A stretch of 64,000 nucleotides of DNA from Octopus sinensis (Eukaryota), in NCBI RefSeq assembly GCF_006345805.1, contig NC_043001.1, forward strand, positions 25,544,001 to 25,608,000. The letters run 5' to 3'. A program made the translations under genes and the position numbers. Numbering within the stretch: position 1 is the stretch's first letter; each line of letters begins with the position of its first letter. Shown here piece by piece: positions 61,330 through 64,000 of the stretch. Under the pieces are notes generated by a model. The model had not been told where the DNA came from, made no database searches, and worked only from the letters and a program-made list of their open reading frames with translations.

Positions 61330-61670
61330 AGATTTGTTGAGTCAGGCAATGTGTGTGAATGACAAAGGGTTGAAAGAAAAACTGAGCCTAAGAGGAATCA
61401 GATGTAATATGCAAGAGAGAAAACTATGTTGGTTTGGGCAGATGATGCATGTGGATGAAGATAGTTGTATAAAGAACTGCCAATTGCTGACAGTAGATGG
61501 AACCTGTAGAAGAGGGAGACCCAGGAAGATGTGGAGTAATGTGGTGAATGCTGATCCCAAGATGTTGAACATCACTGAGGAGATGATAAAGGACCAAGAT
61601 GATTGGCAATACAATTGCTTGATAAGACCTACCCACTATGCTAGCATGACATTGCTGAAGTTTTGAAAAC
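61330..61670 (+). mobile_element. Decayed RTE-like LINE C-terminal fragment
   Basis: LRGIRCNMQERKLCWFGQMMHVDEDSCIKNC...GTCRRGRPRKMWSNVV. Confidence 0.75.
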
Positions 61671-62042
61671 ATTGGATACATCACTCAGTGTCCTTGTCAA
61701 GACTACAACTGTTGCTTCTTTTTTCTCTCTCTCTTTTCTTCCCTGCCACTGAGAATACTGGGTCCTTCCCCCGAGCCACTTTCTATTGACATCCATCCCT
61801 CATTTTTACCATTGTCACTCTCACCCATATTTACCATCATCCACCTCACACTTGTATCTGTCTCTCTTTCTCTTCCAACACTTGCAACCTTTAACTCCAT
61901 CTCTCATCGCTTTCCTATCTAGTGTATTATTCTACTATTGTAAGTATACTGTCAGTCTCCACATACTTTCCTCTGAGCTACATCCAGTTGACATCTCTCT
62001 ATCATTCTTATTGTCCTTCTATCCATATATTTACTACTCCTG

Positions 62043-62275
62043 AGAGCGGCAAACCGGCAGAAATGTTAGCATGCCGGGCGAAATGCGTAGCCGTATTTCG
62101 TCTGCCGTTACATTCTGAGTTCAAATTCCGCCGAGGTTGACTTTGCCTTTCATCCTTTCGGGGTCGATAAATTAAGTACCAGTTACTCACTGGGGTCGAT
62201 ATAATCGACTTAATCCGTTTGTCTGTCTTTGTTTGTCCCCTCTGTGTTTAGCCCCTTGTGAGTAGTAAAGAAATA
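62043..62275 (+). mobile_element. SINE family A
   Basis: 12-bp TSD TTACTACTCCTG at 62031-62042 and 62283-62294. Confidence 0.88.
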
Positions 62276-62819
62276 CCTATAATTACTACTCCTGTTCACC
62301 ATTCCCATCATTCACCTATGTACGTCTGACCACCTCCACCCCCATGTTTATATCTATCTCTCACCATCCCCTTATATTCTAACAACCCGTGCTCCTGATT
62401 CTCCTGTCTCGAGGCTCTTTTCTACTCATCTTCTTGAATATATTACCTTGATGGTATGTCACCACCATATTTACCTCTCTTTGTTGTATAGGCAGGACAT
62501 CCAGCTGTAGAAACTCTGCCAGATCAGATTGGAGTCTGGTGTAGCCATCTGGTTCGCCAAACCTCAGTCAAATCGTCCAACCCATGCTAGCATGGAAAGC
62601 AGACGTTAAATGATGATGATGATGATGATGACTCCCATCCACTCGTAAAATATGAAGCTACCGTAAATCTCCCCCACAACAAACCTCTCTCTACCCTTCC
62701 TATCATACATTAACCGTTCAACATCTTATGTAAATCAAGTATTTTATTTCCTATTACTTCTGTCAGGCAAGAGGACTCTTAAGTCTTGTGAGTTACAAAG
62801 TAACCTCATTAGTGTTATA

Positions 62820-63235
62820 CTCTTTACTCTCTTTTACTTGTTTCAGTCATTTGACTGTGGCCATGCTGGAGCACCACCTTCAGTCGAGCAAATTGACCCC
62901 AGGACTTATTCTTTGTAAACCTAGTACTTATTCTATCGGTCTCTTTTGCCGAACCACTAAGTTATGGGGACATAAACACACCAGCATCGGTTGTCAAGCA
63001 ATGTTGGGGGGACAAACACAGACACACAGACATACAGACATATACACACGCACATGATATATATATATACGACGGGCTTCTTTCAGTTTCCATCTACCAA
63101 ATCCACTCACAAGGCTTTGGTCAGCCTGAGGCTATAGTTGAAGACACTTGCCCAAGGTGCCACGCAGTGGGACTGAACCCGGAACCAAGTGGCTGGTAAG
63201 CAAGCCACTTACCACACAGCCACTCTTATGCCTAT
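62820..63235 (-). mobile_element. SINE family B
   Basis: Reverse complement of the family consensus. Confidence 0.85.
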
Positions 63236-64000
63236 GACAAAATTACTGTAAAGTAGTTGGCGTTTGGAAAGGCATCGAGCTGTAGAAATCATACCAAAAC
63301 TGAAATACTGAAACATAGCATGGTTCTACAACTCATTGAATCTTGTCAAACTATTCAACCCATAACTTTATGGAAAGTGTACATAAAAATTATGATAATG
63401 ATAACAGCAAAGGTAACTGCAGTGGCAATGAAGTAGTTTCTGTTCCTGAAAAAGAAGGTTATTGTTTTGTGATGCAGTTTTAGATATATTTTGTATGTGG
63501 GGATCATAAAACAAGATTATCAGAGATTATTAAGCTTCGTTATAGCAAGTTTGAGGATTTTAATTGCATGTTGTCCTAAACCAGAAAGGATGAGGTACAG
63601 AATTGTTTTCCTTGATCATCATCATCATCACCATCGTTTAACGTCCGTTTTCCATGCTAGCATGGGTTGGATGGTTTGACCGGGGTCTGGGAAGCCAGGA
63701 AGCTGCACCAGGCTCCAGTCTGATTTGGCAGTGTTTCTACAGCTGGATGCCCTTCCTAATGCCAAATACTCCGTAAGTGTAGTGGGTGCTTTTTACGTGC
63801 CAGGGGAGGCTGGCAACGGCCACGATTGGTTGGTGCCTTTTACGTGCCACTGGCACGGAAGCCAGTCAAGGTGGCGCTGGCACTGGCCATGTTCAGATGG
63901 TGCTTTTTATGTACCACTCACAGATATCACAACTACAATTTCCATTTGATTTTTATTTTGATGTTGATGTACCTGACTCAATAGGTCTTCTCAAGCACAG

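Overview
AT-rich, repeat-saturated animal genomic DNA. The SINE/LINE repertoire and (GAT)n/(TA)n/(CA)n content suggest an octopod cephalopod; this is an inference from recognition, not a search. Two host genes are well supported and face each other tail-to-tail. One is a 4-exon isochorismatase-domain gene (ISOC2-like, + strand, 22142-37299, 200 aa when spliced). The other is a full-length ribophorin II (RPN2, - strand, 43250-45127, 625 aa) with no coding intron and a decayed A-rich tract just after an AATAAA, which looks like a retrogene. A third gene may begin on the - strand near 4.0-5.8 kb (low confidence). The rest is mobile DNA: a near-full-length RTE LINE, many 5'-truncated copies of a second RTE-like LINE, several tRNA-headed SINE families with clean TSDs, three solo LTRs, Tc1/mariner and hAT remnants, and TIR/foldback elements. 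The most interesting signal is a set of palindromic elements (16933-17114, 42190-42530, 48948-51168). Each carries two outward-facing hammerhead-ribozyme-like motifs. The largest also holds a decayed GIY-YIG endonuclease, which ties these elements to Penelope-like retroelements. All alignments, counts and folds were done by eye, and repeat boundaries are approximate unless a TSD is quoted.
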